IMG/VR virus record: IMGVR_UViG_3300020398_000001
Coordinates: 1 to 59,702 of that record
DNA from: a virus
Taxonomy: Duplodnaviria; Caudoviricetes
DNA: 59,702 nt
Direction: 5' to 3' (one strand)
Position 1 is the stretch's first letter. Every line of letters begins with the position of its first letter. Positions 1 through 8,120 of the stretch are shown here, piece after piece. The notes under the pieces are model-generated. The model ran no database searches, was not told the DNA's origin, and saw only the letters and a program-made list of their open reading frames with translations. A program made the translations under genes and the position numbers.

Positions 1-77
1 CCAGCAGCAGCGAACGATAGATTGCCGCTTGCATCTGTGACAAGCGCTTGACCTACAGTGCCGTCGACATCTGGAAA
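1..77. repeat. 77-bp direct repeat identical to 59626-59702 (circular-assembly overlap)
   Basis: Exact match of both ends; an ORF reads in frame through the junction; 77 is a common assembler k-mer. Confidence 0.95.
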
Positions 78-188
78 AGATATTTCGGCGTCACCTATTT
101 TAACCTTTTGGTTTCCCTTGCCTTTTAACTTCAGTGCGGTGTCAGTGCCGGTCGAAGCCTGAACCAAATCTGCTCGTAATGTTGACAT
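1..188 (-). CDS. 5' part of a 167-aa tail-fibre linker/adaptor protein spanning the circular junction (188->1, then 59625->59310)
   Basis: ATG at 188 with SD GGAG; MSTLRADLVQASTGTDTALKLKGKGNQKVKIG...FPDVDGTVGQALVTDASGNLSF; in frame with ORF 59310..59555. Confidence 0.85.
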   Translation of the reverse strand, partial: MSTLRADLVQASTGTDTALKLKGKGNQKVKIGDAEISFPDVDGTVGQALVTDASGNLSFAAA

Positions 189-200
189 CTTGCTCTCCGA

Positions 201-1877
201 TTAGATAATCACACAGGTTCCTTGACAGTCCAGAACCACACCAGAATCCACGTCTAACGGGCCTGCTACACTTGCATTCGTGGAAGTTTCAATTGTAGTG
301 CTGACGTCCATGTTAGTGTTGTTGACTCTGAATAGATCTTTTTTCCCGTTTTGAAGATCGCCGTGAGTAGTGCCAGAGCCAATAAAATATCCGGCGCCGC
401 CTATGGACCCCCAAGACGAAGCGCCATAACCTTCGAATTGCCCCAGACTTGCATTGAATCTTAGGTATCCGCTGACACCTGTCGGGCGCTGGGCCGTGGT
501 CCCGGCAGGCATATACGCCGCGCCAGTGCCGGTATTCTTCTCGACAACGGTGGCCGAAGATAGAGCGGCGACTTGCCAAGCTGAGCCGTTGTACACCTTG
601 AGGTTATTGACGGTTGTATTGAAGTACATGTCTCCGGCGGTGAGGGCATCTCCATCGTTGTCTAATGTTGGGTCAGAGCTTTTCGCACCCAAGAAAGTGT
701 CATCGAAATTATCAAGCGCTGCTTCAGCCGCAGTCTTCGCAGTCTCCGCTGCTGTCTGCGCTGTTTCAGCTGCGGCCTTGGCTGTCTCGGATGCGGTTTT
801 TGCTGTGTCTGATGCAGTTGCCGATGTCGCGCTTGCGGTTGCGCTGGCAGCCGATGCTGTAGCTGAAGTAGAAGAATTTGTGGCTTGAGTAGCAGCGGTG
901 CCGGAACTTGATGCGGCAGCAGTAGCACTAGCGGCACTTTTTGCAGAATGATGGAGTGATGAATAACCTGATCCATCTACGGCTGAATCTTCAGCCTGTG
1001 TCGCCCAATCCTTTGCAGACCCATCGCCAACCGTTGTACCTAACGCCCATTCCTTCGCAGCGTAATTTGTGCCGTCTACAGTAGCGCCAGTTGTCTGCGC
1101 CCAATCTTTAGCAGACCCACCAAGTGTCGCTCCTGTCATCGACGAGCCTTGCGCCCAATTTTTAGCAGAGCGGTCGTTAGTTCCTGCGCCGTTTACTTGG
1201 TTAGTATCCTGCGACCAAGATTTAGCACTGCCACCAGTGGTGGCCGCAGTGCCAATAGCGTATTCTTTCGCGCTGTATTCTGAGGTATCAACTGCTGCAC
1301 CAGTTGTTGTAGCCCATTCCTTTGCGGCTCCCTTGCCAGATGTTGTTGTGACACCTGTGCCGCCGATTGCGTATGCTTTGGCTGAGTAATCTGTGGAGGA
1401 TATTTGGCCGTCCGTCTTGCTCGCCCAGTCCTTGGCCTCGGATACGTCTACAATTCTTGTCGTGTTGGAACTGGCAATAAAGGCTGCTTCATTTGCGTAG
1501 GTTGCACCGGCAGAAAGGCCGGTGACAATGTAGACGTCTTTGGCAGCTACAGTGACTATATCGAAATTCTGGTATGTGTTGCTACTGTTGAAGACACCAC
1601 GCTGACCGAATAGATAGGTGACGTCTGTCCAGCCGGTAGATGGCCCAGCAAACTGGCCGACACGAACTTGGAATTTATCAGTGGCGGGGTCGAGCCTGAA
1701 TTCAAAGTTGTCTGAGCGGAAAGCCCCGGAAGCAGCCGGGTCGAACAAGTCCCCCAGAAGATCGTAGACTGTGCGGTCCCCAATCTCCATTGCCTCCATA
1801 TATGTGTCTAAGATCCACTCCCCTGTCTTGGAGGAAACAAATCTTAGTTGTTCGCCTGTTGGTCTGGTTTCAGCCAT
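201..1877 (-). CDS. Tail fibre protein (558 aa)
   Basis: About nine (S/A/E)AKx(W/Y)(A/S) repeats; Ala/Ser/Thr-rich shaft; FDDTFLGAKSSDPTLDNDGDAL...YFNT and PAGTTAQRP...LRFN...FEGY motifs typical of marine phage fibres. Confidence 0.8.
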   Translation of the reverse strand: MAETRPTGEQLRFVSSKTGEWILDTYMEAMEIGDRTVYDLLGDLFDPAASGAFRSDNFEFRLDPATDKFQVRVGQFAGPSTGWTDVTYLFGQRGVFNSSNTYQNFDIVTVAAKDVYIVTGLSAGATYANEAAFIASSNTTRIVDVSEAKDWASKTDGQISSTDYSAKAYAIGGTGVTTTSGKGAAKEWATTTGAAVDTSEYSAKEYAIGTAATTGGSAKSWSQDTNQVNGAGTNDRSAKNWAQGSSMTGATLGGSAKDWAQTTGATVDGTNYAAKEWALGTTVGDGSAKDWATQAEDSAVDGSGYSSLHHSAKSAASATAAASSSGTAATQATNSSTSATASAASATASATSATASDTAKTASETAKAAAETAQTAAETAKTAAEAALDNFDDTFLGAKSSDPTLDNDGDALTAGDMYFNTTVNNLKVYNGSAWQVAALSSATVVEKNTGTGAAYMPAGTTAQRPTGVSGYLRFNASLGQFEGYGASSWGSIGGAGYFIGSGTTHGDLQNGKKDLFRVNNTNMDVSTTIETSTNASVAGPLDVDSGVVLDCQGTCVII

Positions 1878-2148
1878 CGTCGTAGTAACCCATTTCTTTC
1901 ATCATTCTAATGAGTTTTACTTTAGTTAAAGCATATCTGTCGTCCGGTTTATCGGCAGCAATTGCTTTTGCTTCTGCTACTGACAGCTTTAATTTGGCTA
2001 TCTCCTGCTCCAGTAAATTTATACGCGAGCAGCAGTTGTCTGTTCGGACAACACACTCTGTATCTACCACCGCGCAAGCAGCGTCGACGTAATCTGCTGT
2101 GCGCTGATCAATCTCCGGGCGAAGTGCCGCCTTTACAGTTGCACTCAT
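1870..2148 (-). CDS. Hypothetical protein (92 aa)
   Basis: Overlap-coupled between portal and fibre genes. Confidence 0.7.
   Translation of the reverse strand: MSATVKAALRPEIDQRTADYVDAACAVVDTECVVRTDNCCSRINLLEQEIAKLKLSVAEAKAIAADKPDDRYALTKVKLIRMMKEMGYYDDG
1914..1945 (-). promoter_or_regulatory. Putative late promoter GGACGAC-N19-TAAAAC
   Basis: Motif copy just upstream of the fibre start at 1877. Confidence 0.5.
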
Positions 2149-4067
2149 GCCGCTTCTCCCATTGGTATCAGGTTGCCCTTTTGAACTTCATTGTCTACTT
2201 CTCCAGCTGGGCGTACCGACGCACCACGCATTTTCTCCATCATGGCTACTTTCTGACTTGGGGACTCTCCCATTTGTCGCTCTTCGTCTGAGATTCGGAA
2301 GCGGTCCAAGTCTGTAATACCCATAGCACGTATTGCTTCCTCTGCTATCAGGCCAGCTTTGTATTCCATGTTAAGCCCGGTCTGGTTCATAATCTGAAGC
2401 ATATTCATCCATGTCTCTGCATTACGGGTCGGTTCAATCGGGAGAGTGCCATCAATTACTAGGTAGTCTATTTCTCCTTGCAGATCCTTAGACACATCAT
2501 AATCCAGATAGCCTTCTTTTGATTTTGGCATCAATTGCGTAGGTGTGGTATATTGATCCAGTTTTATAGATCCTTTCATTGTCAATGCATCCTGAATGTT
2601 ACCAACCATCATTCGCACGAGCGGCCTTACTGTGGTCGCTGACATAATTCGGGCAAGCACTCCAAGACGCTGTGAACCCAGCTGAGTAAGTCTTGCTATT
2701 TCTGTTGCTGTTCTTACATCTGGAGTAGGAATGCCCTGCTGAGCGTCTGAAGCTGCTGATACTCGCTGTTTCAGTTCAGACATTGCAGCAATATCATTGA
2801 AGTGACCTCTGGTTACATCTGGGATTTCGGCAATGAAAACACCGTCACCCGGCTTAACTCCGGGGAGCGTTCGTACAACACCCCACGGATTCCTGTCGAT
2901 AAGATCAGGAATGGAAACCTGAGTCGGATCAACAAAAATCAGGTTGTTTAATGCCGCTGAAATATTGTCGATACGCGAGCGCATAAGGTACGTCGCAATA
3001 TCGTGCATCGGCATCATTATGTCATAAAGAGATTGGCCGTACGTCTTGTGGGAGTCTTGGTACAGGCCGCCGATAACAATCGGGAATTGCTGGCCGTACG
3101 GATTCAACTGGAATCTGATTACAACATCTTCGTCTAAGATGGATACGATTAACCAGATTTGGTCAATCGTTGGGATATTAATTTCATGGCCAGACAGGCG
3201 GACCCAAGCCTCGTCGACAATACGGGCATCGCCAAGAGTGAAGTAGGCGTGGGCACCTTGGCCTCGCTGGTGGGGCTGTGCTGGGTCGATGGACAGTCCC
3301 TTTCCTTCTTCTGCATGAAATCTATGTCCCTCCCACGCAGCTTTTGGCGGCGATGTTCTATGTTGAAGTTCAGGTCGTTCCTTTAGTTTCGGATATAAAT
3401 TACTGAAAGTAAGAGCGTTGTAGGACATGAAGTCTGAGAAGACGATGTACTGCATGTCCTCCCAGTCGCCCCAGTTAACTCGTGGGTCGGGGAAACAGCG
3501 GCGTGGATCAAAATTTATAATTTTGTTTTGGTTAGTAGCGCTGTCCCAAATCATCTTGGTTGGAGCAAAGCCGTATCTGACACTGTCCAATAGCATTTGC
3601 GCTAGGCGGGCTTCGCCCGCCGAGCGTCTCATTTGTTGATGAAGAACCCTCTCAAGGATGAGAGCCGCGTCTCTGCTTTCCCTATTAAGACCCTCAAGCT
3701 GGAACATAGGATTACGGCCACCCAAAGCAGCCATGAGATAGGTAAGCACAGTATCCGCAATAGCCCTCGTATCAGCAATAACAGCCTTTTCGCGGAACTC
3801 TGTAGTATCAGGGGGAACATAGACATCATGCGCTCTATCCGCCTCTTTCCAATGGGAATAACGCCCTTTGATTTTAAAGTAAGACATATCTACCATTGAC
3901 TTCACATAGTCAACGATCCGCCTTTCTTGCTCTTCTGATAGAAGATCAGCTATGTCTTCATAGCCTACGATTTTCTCTGCAAACTCAGACAAATCAGCAA
4001 TAACGCCATCCGTTGGCGGGCTTTGATATCCGCTTCCGGTGTACGTTGTTTTCTTTTTGTTGGCCAT
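2145..4067 (-). CDS. Portal protein (640 aa)
   Basis: Follows TerL; size; portal-like segments (YGQSLYDIMMPMHD...RSRIDN, DAQQG...RTATEI). Confidence 0.9.
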   Translation of the reverse strand: MANKKKTTYTGSGYQSPPTDGVIADLSEFAEKIVGYEDIADLLSEEQERRIVDYVKSMVDMSYFKIKGRYSHWKEADRAHDVYVPPDTTEFREKAVIADTRAIADTVLTYLMAALGGRNPMFQLEGLNRESRDAALILERVLHQQMRRSAGEARLAQMLLDSVRYGFAPTKMIWDSATNQNKIINFDPRRCFPDPRVNWGDWEDMQYIVFSDFMSYNALTFSNLYPKLKERPELQHRTSPPKAAWEGHRFHAEEGKGLSIDPAQPHQRGQGAHAYFTLGDARIVDEAWVRLSGHEINIPTIDQIWLIVSILDEDVVIRFQLNPYGQQFPIVIGGLYQDSHKTYGQSLYDIMMPMHDIATYLMRSRIDNISAALNNLIFVDPTQVSIPDLIDRNPWGVVRTLPGVKPGDGVFIAEIPDVTRGHFNDIAAMSELKQRVSAASDAQQGIPTPDVRTATEIARLTQLGSQRLGVLARIMSATTVRPLVRMMVGNIQDALTMKGSIKLDQYTTPTQLMPKSKEGYLDYDVSKDLQGEIDYLVIDGTLPIEPTRNAETWMNMLQIMNQTGLNMEYKAGLIAEEAIRAMGITDLDRFRISDEERQMGESPSQKVAMMEKMRGASVRPAGEVDNEVQKGNLIPMGEAA

Positions 4068-4073
4068 GCGTTA

Positions 4074-4104
4074 TTTCTACCCTTTACGATTTAGGAGGTC
4101 GTCC
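4074..4104 (-). promoter_or_regulatory. Putative late promoter GGACGAC-N18-TAGAAA, leaderless
   Basis: -10 hexamer lies exactly 6 nt before the portal ATG; no SD. Confidence 0.7.
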
Positions 4105-4106
4105 CG

Positions 4107-5738
4107 CTAGATTCCCCAGCCACTAAATTTGGGGATATCTTTGTTCACCCTCTCCCGTAGAGAACTTCCAAGAGAGTCATGTAGGGAATTAAGAGACTGT
4201 GATGTGTCTGTCATCATCTCAAACATCTCAGGACTCATGGATGTTCGGGAGAGAACATCTATGGTTATTGTCATTGCGTCTACTTGGTCGTCGTACATGC
4301 CGTTCGGGAATGTCACAGTCTCGTCCATGAAGTCGTCTATCCACTTGGCATTCTCTGGGAGAAAAACTCTGCCCCCTTGTATGAGAGGAAGGATAGCACT
4401 TACACGACTGACTTTATCGTGGACGACCTTGTAGGGGATTATAGACATGCCGCTCTGACGCTTTAGTTCTTGGACAACAGACTGCCCACTTGCCTTGTCT
4501 TCAACGTAGATTGCGCGCAGGGCCTTGCCCCTCCACCTGTTGTTTAATTGGATAAGACGCTGCTTCAGTTCTGGGAAATCCCATTTGCCACGCATGACAT
4601 CAATAATGTAGATGTCGCCATTTCTGTCCAGACCGCCTATTACAAAAGCGGAGTAGTCTGATGTCTCTGTTTTCTTGAAGGCTGTATCAACTCCGATGAC
4701 TACAGACATAAAATTTTCCGGCTTCAAATCTTCCGGGTAGAATCTCCACCATTCTGACTTGATTAAATTTCCGCCCTCTATATATGGGCGCTGTTGATAC
4801 AGGCTTGCGAATTCCCTTTTGTTAAGTCGCTCTCTTCTTTTCAAATCTTCAAGGGGGAATCTCTCAGGCCATAAAGCGTGTTCCTCCTCCTCATATATAT
4901 GTCTCTTGCTGGCAGTTACTTTATGGAGAGAACCGGGTTCCATCTTCTGAGGATGGCCCTCTGGCAAATCTACCTTGGAAATCTTCTTCCCCTTTGATAC
5001 ACCCACAGCCGGGAAATTAATATGCTTCCATCTCCCTTCTCCCCAATCTGCTGTTTGCATCAAACGACCAGCAAGATCATCAGGATGCCATCTGGTCAGG
5101 ATTATAATTTGTTTCGGTGGGGTGCCATCCGGCAGAGGCTGTAGACGAGTTGCTAGTGCAGACGTGTAGTAGTTCCACGTCTTGTTTCGCTGAGTCATAG
5201 ACTCAGCGTCTTCCCTAGACTTGATTGGATCATCAACAATCAGAAGATTGGCAGGACGACCTGACGTGGTGCCACCAACACCGACACCATAGTATGTCCC
5301 ACCTACATCTGTACGCCATACGTCTGCTGCCCTACTGTCTTGGGATAGGACGAAAGACGGGAAAACTTGACTGATCTTTTTGTCTTCAACAATTGACCTG
5401 ATTTGTCTGCCAAAATCCATTGCAAGCTGACTATTGTAGCTTGAAGACATAACCTGTCGCTTTGGATCTCTCCCCATAAACCAGCTTGGGAATAATATTG
5501 TCCCGAAAGTAGACTTTGCATGACGAGGGGGCATTGTTATTAGAACATTCTCACAGCCGAGAGAGTTCTTTTCCAGTTTGTCGAGGACGTCTACAAGTTC
5601 TAACTGAAAATCAGGCAGGCTCCACTCCGGGTACATCATTTTTACGAAGCCAAGGAACCCTGCCTGTGCATCCTTCAACCCAATGACGTACTTTGCCACC
5701 TCTGCGCGGCTCATCATGTTTGTAGTGTTATTATCCAT
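4107..5738 (-). CDS. terL: Terminase large subunit
   Basis: Walker A MPPRHAKS, Walker B LLIVDDP, TRWH coupling motif, RNase H-like VDTA...DYS...VEDKASG...DDQVDA. Confidence 0.97.
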   Translation of the reverse strand: MDNNTTNMMSRAEVAKYVIGLKDAQAGFLGFVKMMYPEWSLPDFQLELVDVLDKLEKNSLGCENVLITMPPRHAKSTFGTILFPSWFMGRDPKRQVMSSSYNSQLAMDFGRQIRSIVEDKKISQVFPSFVLSQDSRAADVWRTDVGGTYYGVGVGGTTSGRPANLLIVDDPIKSREDAESMTQRNKTWNYYTSALATRLQPLPDGTPPKQIIILTRWHPDDLAGRLMQTADWGEGRWKHINFPAVGVSKGKKISKVDLPEGHPQKMEPGSLHKVTASKRHIYEEEEHALWPERFPLEDLKRRERLNKREFASLYQQRPYIEGGNLIKSEWWRFYPEDLKPENFMSVVIGVDTAFKKTETSDYSAFVIGGLDRNGDIYIIDVMRGKWDFPELKQRLIQLNNRWRGKALRAIYVEDKASGQSVVQELKRQSGMSIIPYKVVHDKVSRVSAILPLIQGGRVFLPENAKWIDDFMDETVTFPNGMYDDQVDAMTITIDVLSRTSMSPEMFEMMTDTSQSLNSLHDSLGSSLRERVNKDIPKFSGWGI

Positions 5739-5955
5739 TGCGTTTTTGCCTTAATAGACGAGCAGCTGTTAGATCTATTGCCACTGCCCTGTCGTGAATG
5801 GTGCCAGCCATGACTTTTGCGACCTGATCCATCACTGCTTCTTGGCGCCTATGCTTTGGAACGCCCTTTAGGTCCAGTTCAGCCATAGCTTTGCCGAATT
5901 GGTCTGGAGTAATGGACGATTTTAGCCCGTCAGGCTGCCTGTTCTTTGCTTGCAT
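5731..5955 (-). CDS. Hypothetical protein (~74 aa)
   Basis: ATG at 5955 after GGAG SD; coupled to terL. Confidence 0.65.
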   Translation of the reverse strand: MQAKNRQPDGLKSSITPDQFGKAMAELDLKGVPKHRRQEAVMDQVAKVMAGTIHDRAVAIDLTAARLLRQKRNG

Positions 5956-6403
5956 TGCTATTCTCCACGTAAGAAACCTCAATCCCGGCAGCGATACGCT
6001 CTAATTCGTCCCTAGACAGGTCAATTACGTCCTTATGGTTGATTTCATGCTGGTGATATGAGGCTGAAAGGTCTGGGACCACCTTATTTAGTAGGGTTGC
6101 GAACACTCTAGCCTGTGTTGGGGACCATTCTATGTTCCCAAGTATCACTTCATTGGCCAAATCAAGCTGATTTCGTACAAAATTAGCTATTTGCCCCCGT
6201 ATTTTAGATGATTGAGCGGGAGATAACCTATTTACTGCTGCTTTTTCAACCACTTTAGCCACTTTTTGAGCCTCTTTTTCGTTCTTACGGCGCTCCCAGT
6301 ACCGCTTTCTGCACAATACAGAGCAATTTTGCATCCTGTCTACATGACTAGGCTTACATTCGAACTCTCTTCCACATGTTATGCAACGCTTTCTTACCGG
6401 CAT
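5930..6403 (-). CDS. Probable terminase small subunit with N-terminal Zn finger
   Basis: CxxC...CxxxC N-terminus; WSPTQARVFATLLNKVVPDL and LSRDELERI motifs; upstream of terL. Confidence 0.65.
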   Translation of the reverse strand: MPVRKRCITCGREFECKPSHVDRMQNCSVLCRKRYWERRKNEKEAQKVAKVVEKAAVNRLSPAQSSKIRGQIANFVRNQLDLANEVILGNIEWSPTQARVFATLLNKVVPDLSASYHQHEINHKDVIDLSRDELERIAAGIEVSYVENSNASKEQAA

Positions 6404-6592
6404 TTGGCCTGAAATTTCATTTTATGCTGCGATTGGTAGTGAAGTAGGGGAGTAGATCATCGACGCGCGGGCATCGGCGGGGGTGAACCCTCCCCCCCTA
6501 CACGTCGCGCACCCGCAGTTCCGAAGGAACTTCCAAGGGTAGAAATCCACGGCGATTTGCCGAGGATCGTGTAAACGCGAGGAGAAAATCGC

Positions 6593-6997
6593 ATGCCTAC
6601 ACGTACACCGAAACCAACGCTTGAGAGCGCGTCGACGCTCGTCGAGATCAACGCCGCCATCGCGGCCGACCCGAAACTCGTGCCCGAGGCCATCGCAATC
6701 CTCGACGCCCGCGCAGCCCGCAAGCTCGCGAAGGGCGCGCAGGGAAACGCTGCGAAGGCCACTCACGCGGCCGACCAATTGCGCGAGGGCGCAAAGCAGA
6801 TCGACACGAAAGCGGCCAACAAGACGCAGGCGCCGTTCAGCGCGCCTCGCGAGAAACGCGGCAGCACACGCAAGGTCCTCGTCACGCCTGCGATCAACCC
6901 GGAAATCCTCCTAGCGCTCGGGCGTGACCCGCTCGCGGGAGAATCGCCCGCGATGACGATGTACCTCGCGCTTTGCACGCCCGAGACGAAGGAGTAA
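6593..6997 (+). CDS. First early gene, hypothetical Ala/Lys-rich protein (very GC-rich)
   Basis: SD GAGGAG, ATG, followed by a terminator. Confidence 0.75.
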   Translation: MPTRTPKPTLESASTLVEINAAIAADPKLVPEAIAILDARAARKLAKGAQGNAAKATHAADQLREGAKQIDTKAANKTQAPFSAPREKRGSTRKVLVTPAINPEILLALGRDPLAGESPAMTMYLALCTPETKE

Positions 6998-7002
6998 CGC
7001 AT

Positions 7003-7036
7003 GAGGGGGCGCGTTCGCGCGCGCTCCCTTTTTTTT
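7003..7036 (+). terminator. Rho-independent terminator
   Basis: GAGGGGGCGCGT-TCGC-GCGCGCTCCCTT followed by a T-run, just after stop 6997. Confidence 0.85.
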
Positions 7037-7170
7037 GCGTGTGTTTTTTTAGCGTATGAGGAGGATTTGCGCGATGACAACATCACATCGACGACATCAC
7101 AGACGTTTTGAGATCCGCCTCGTGCGCCTCTGGACACTACCTCACATATGCTGTTTGACGTCATGTCAAC

Positions 7171-7202
7171 AACTTACACAACCTCACGGGACAATGTCGT
7201 CC
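7171..7202 (-). promoter_or_regulatory. Putative late promoter GGACGAC-N19-TAAGTT pointing toward terS
   Basis: Intergenic motif copy with correct spacing. Confidence 0.55.
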
Positions 7203-7234
7203 CGCGACAACACCACAACACACAGGAGGAAGGC

Positions 7235-7501
7235 ATGACCATGTACTGGGTCAACGTCTACGAGATCATTGCGGATGAGGCTGACTACTGCGCTGTCGCC
7301 GAGTTCCAAGGATCACAAGGGTTATTCGACAACGCGTTCGACGCCGCGAGGTTCGTTAACACGATTCCCGGCGGCTCGGCGCAAGGACTTCCGACACGTC
7401 TGGGTGACCAGTGCGTATTCGTGAAAGTGGAGCATAAGCGTGGTTCAACCCACATGATTGCTCTTCCATACCAACCACATGCACAGGAGAAAGCTGCATG
7501 A
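7235..7501 (+). CDS. Hypothetical early protein (88 aa)
   Basis: SD AGGAGG before ATG 7235. Confidence 0.75.
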   Translation: MTMYWVNVYEIIADEADYCAVAEFQGSQGLFDNAFDAARFVNTIPGGSAQGLPTRLGDQCVFVKVEHKRGSTHMIALPYQPHAQEKAA

Positions 7502-7677
7502 CGCAAGAACAGATAGAAGCAGTCGTAACTCACTGGCTCGACTTTGCGGGCAAAGCTGAACTGGAGGGCAAGCCGGGACGTGCCCGCTTAGCCTTCAGGA
7601 AGGCGTTGACCAATGACGCCTTGATCGCTGATGACAAGATAGACGACCTCTACGATCATTACACGATGCCAACTTGA
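7498..7677 (+). CDS. Hypothetical early protein (59 aa, MTQEQIEAVV...)
   Basis: ATGA overlap coupling; SD AGGAG; not in the ORF track. Confidence 0.65.
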   Translation: MTQEQIEAVVTHWLDFAGKAELEGKPGRARLAFRKALTNDALIADDKIDDLYDHYTMPT

Positions 7678-7892
7678 TGAGAGACTTCAGGCCCGTCAGC
7701 AAATGGCGGAAGATGACATCAACGATCACGATGGTGGCGCTCTGCGCCATCATCGGCCTCGCAATGATGGTCATTATTGTCGAGTGGCTCGTCGGTTGCG
7801 GCGAGAAGGAATACTCAAGCGACGGCACTTACGACGTCATCGACTGCGTGTTCTTCGACAACAACCCAACACCTGAAGGGACATGGCGATGA
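7677..7892 (+). CDS. Small membrane protein
   Basis: Hydrophobic helix followed by GCGE; TGATG coupling. Confidence 0.65.
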   Translation: MRDFRPVSKWRKMTSTITMVALCAIIGLAMMVIIVEWLVGCGEKEYSSDGTYDVIDCVFFDNNPTPEGTWR

Positions 7893-8062
7893 CAAAAGCC
7901 AAGGAGAAACCACGCATTCACGGCTCGACTCCAAACCACACGTACATTGGGGAGCCGTGGGCATGGAAGCGGATATTCGACGCCGCTGCGGAGAAGAACG
8001 AGACAAAAGCGTTAGACAACATCAAGAAATTGGTGATGACACGCTTGGGAGCGCCGAGATGA
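7889..8062 (+). CDS. Hypothetical protein (57 aa, MTKAKEKPRI...)
   Basis: ATGA overlap; fills the gap before the 8066 promoter. Confidence 0.55.
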   Translation: MTKAKEKPRIHGSTPNHTYIGEPWAWKRIFDAAAEKNETKALDNIKKLVMTRLGAPR

Positions 8063-8065
8063 CGC

Positions 8066-8094
8066 TTGCAACACAGTCTCGTATATTATACAAC
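8066..8094 (+). promoter_or_regulatory. Putative sigma70-type early promoter
   Basis: TTGCAA-N17-TACAAC within AT-rich TATATTATACA, upstream of the AAA gene. Confidence 0.5.
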
Positions 8095-8120
8095 CTGTTG
8101 TCTTACAAGGGAGACACAAC

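Noticed and set aside
1-77. Terminal direct repeat as a biological terminus
   Set aside because: It lies mid-gene and its length equals a common assembly k-mer, so it is a circularisation artefact
900-1450. Repeats in the fibre gene as CRISPR or DGR
   Set aside because: They are degenerate protein-level repeats; no identical DNA repeats with spacers, and no reverse transcriptase seen
6422-7164. Minus-strand ORFs 6422..6778, 6457..6762, 6763..7164
   Set aside because: Shadow ORFs in GC-rich DNA opposite a gene that has an SD and a terminator
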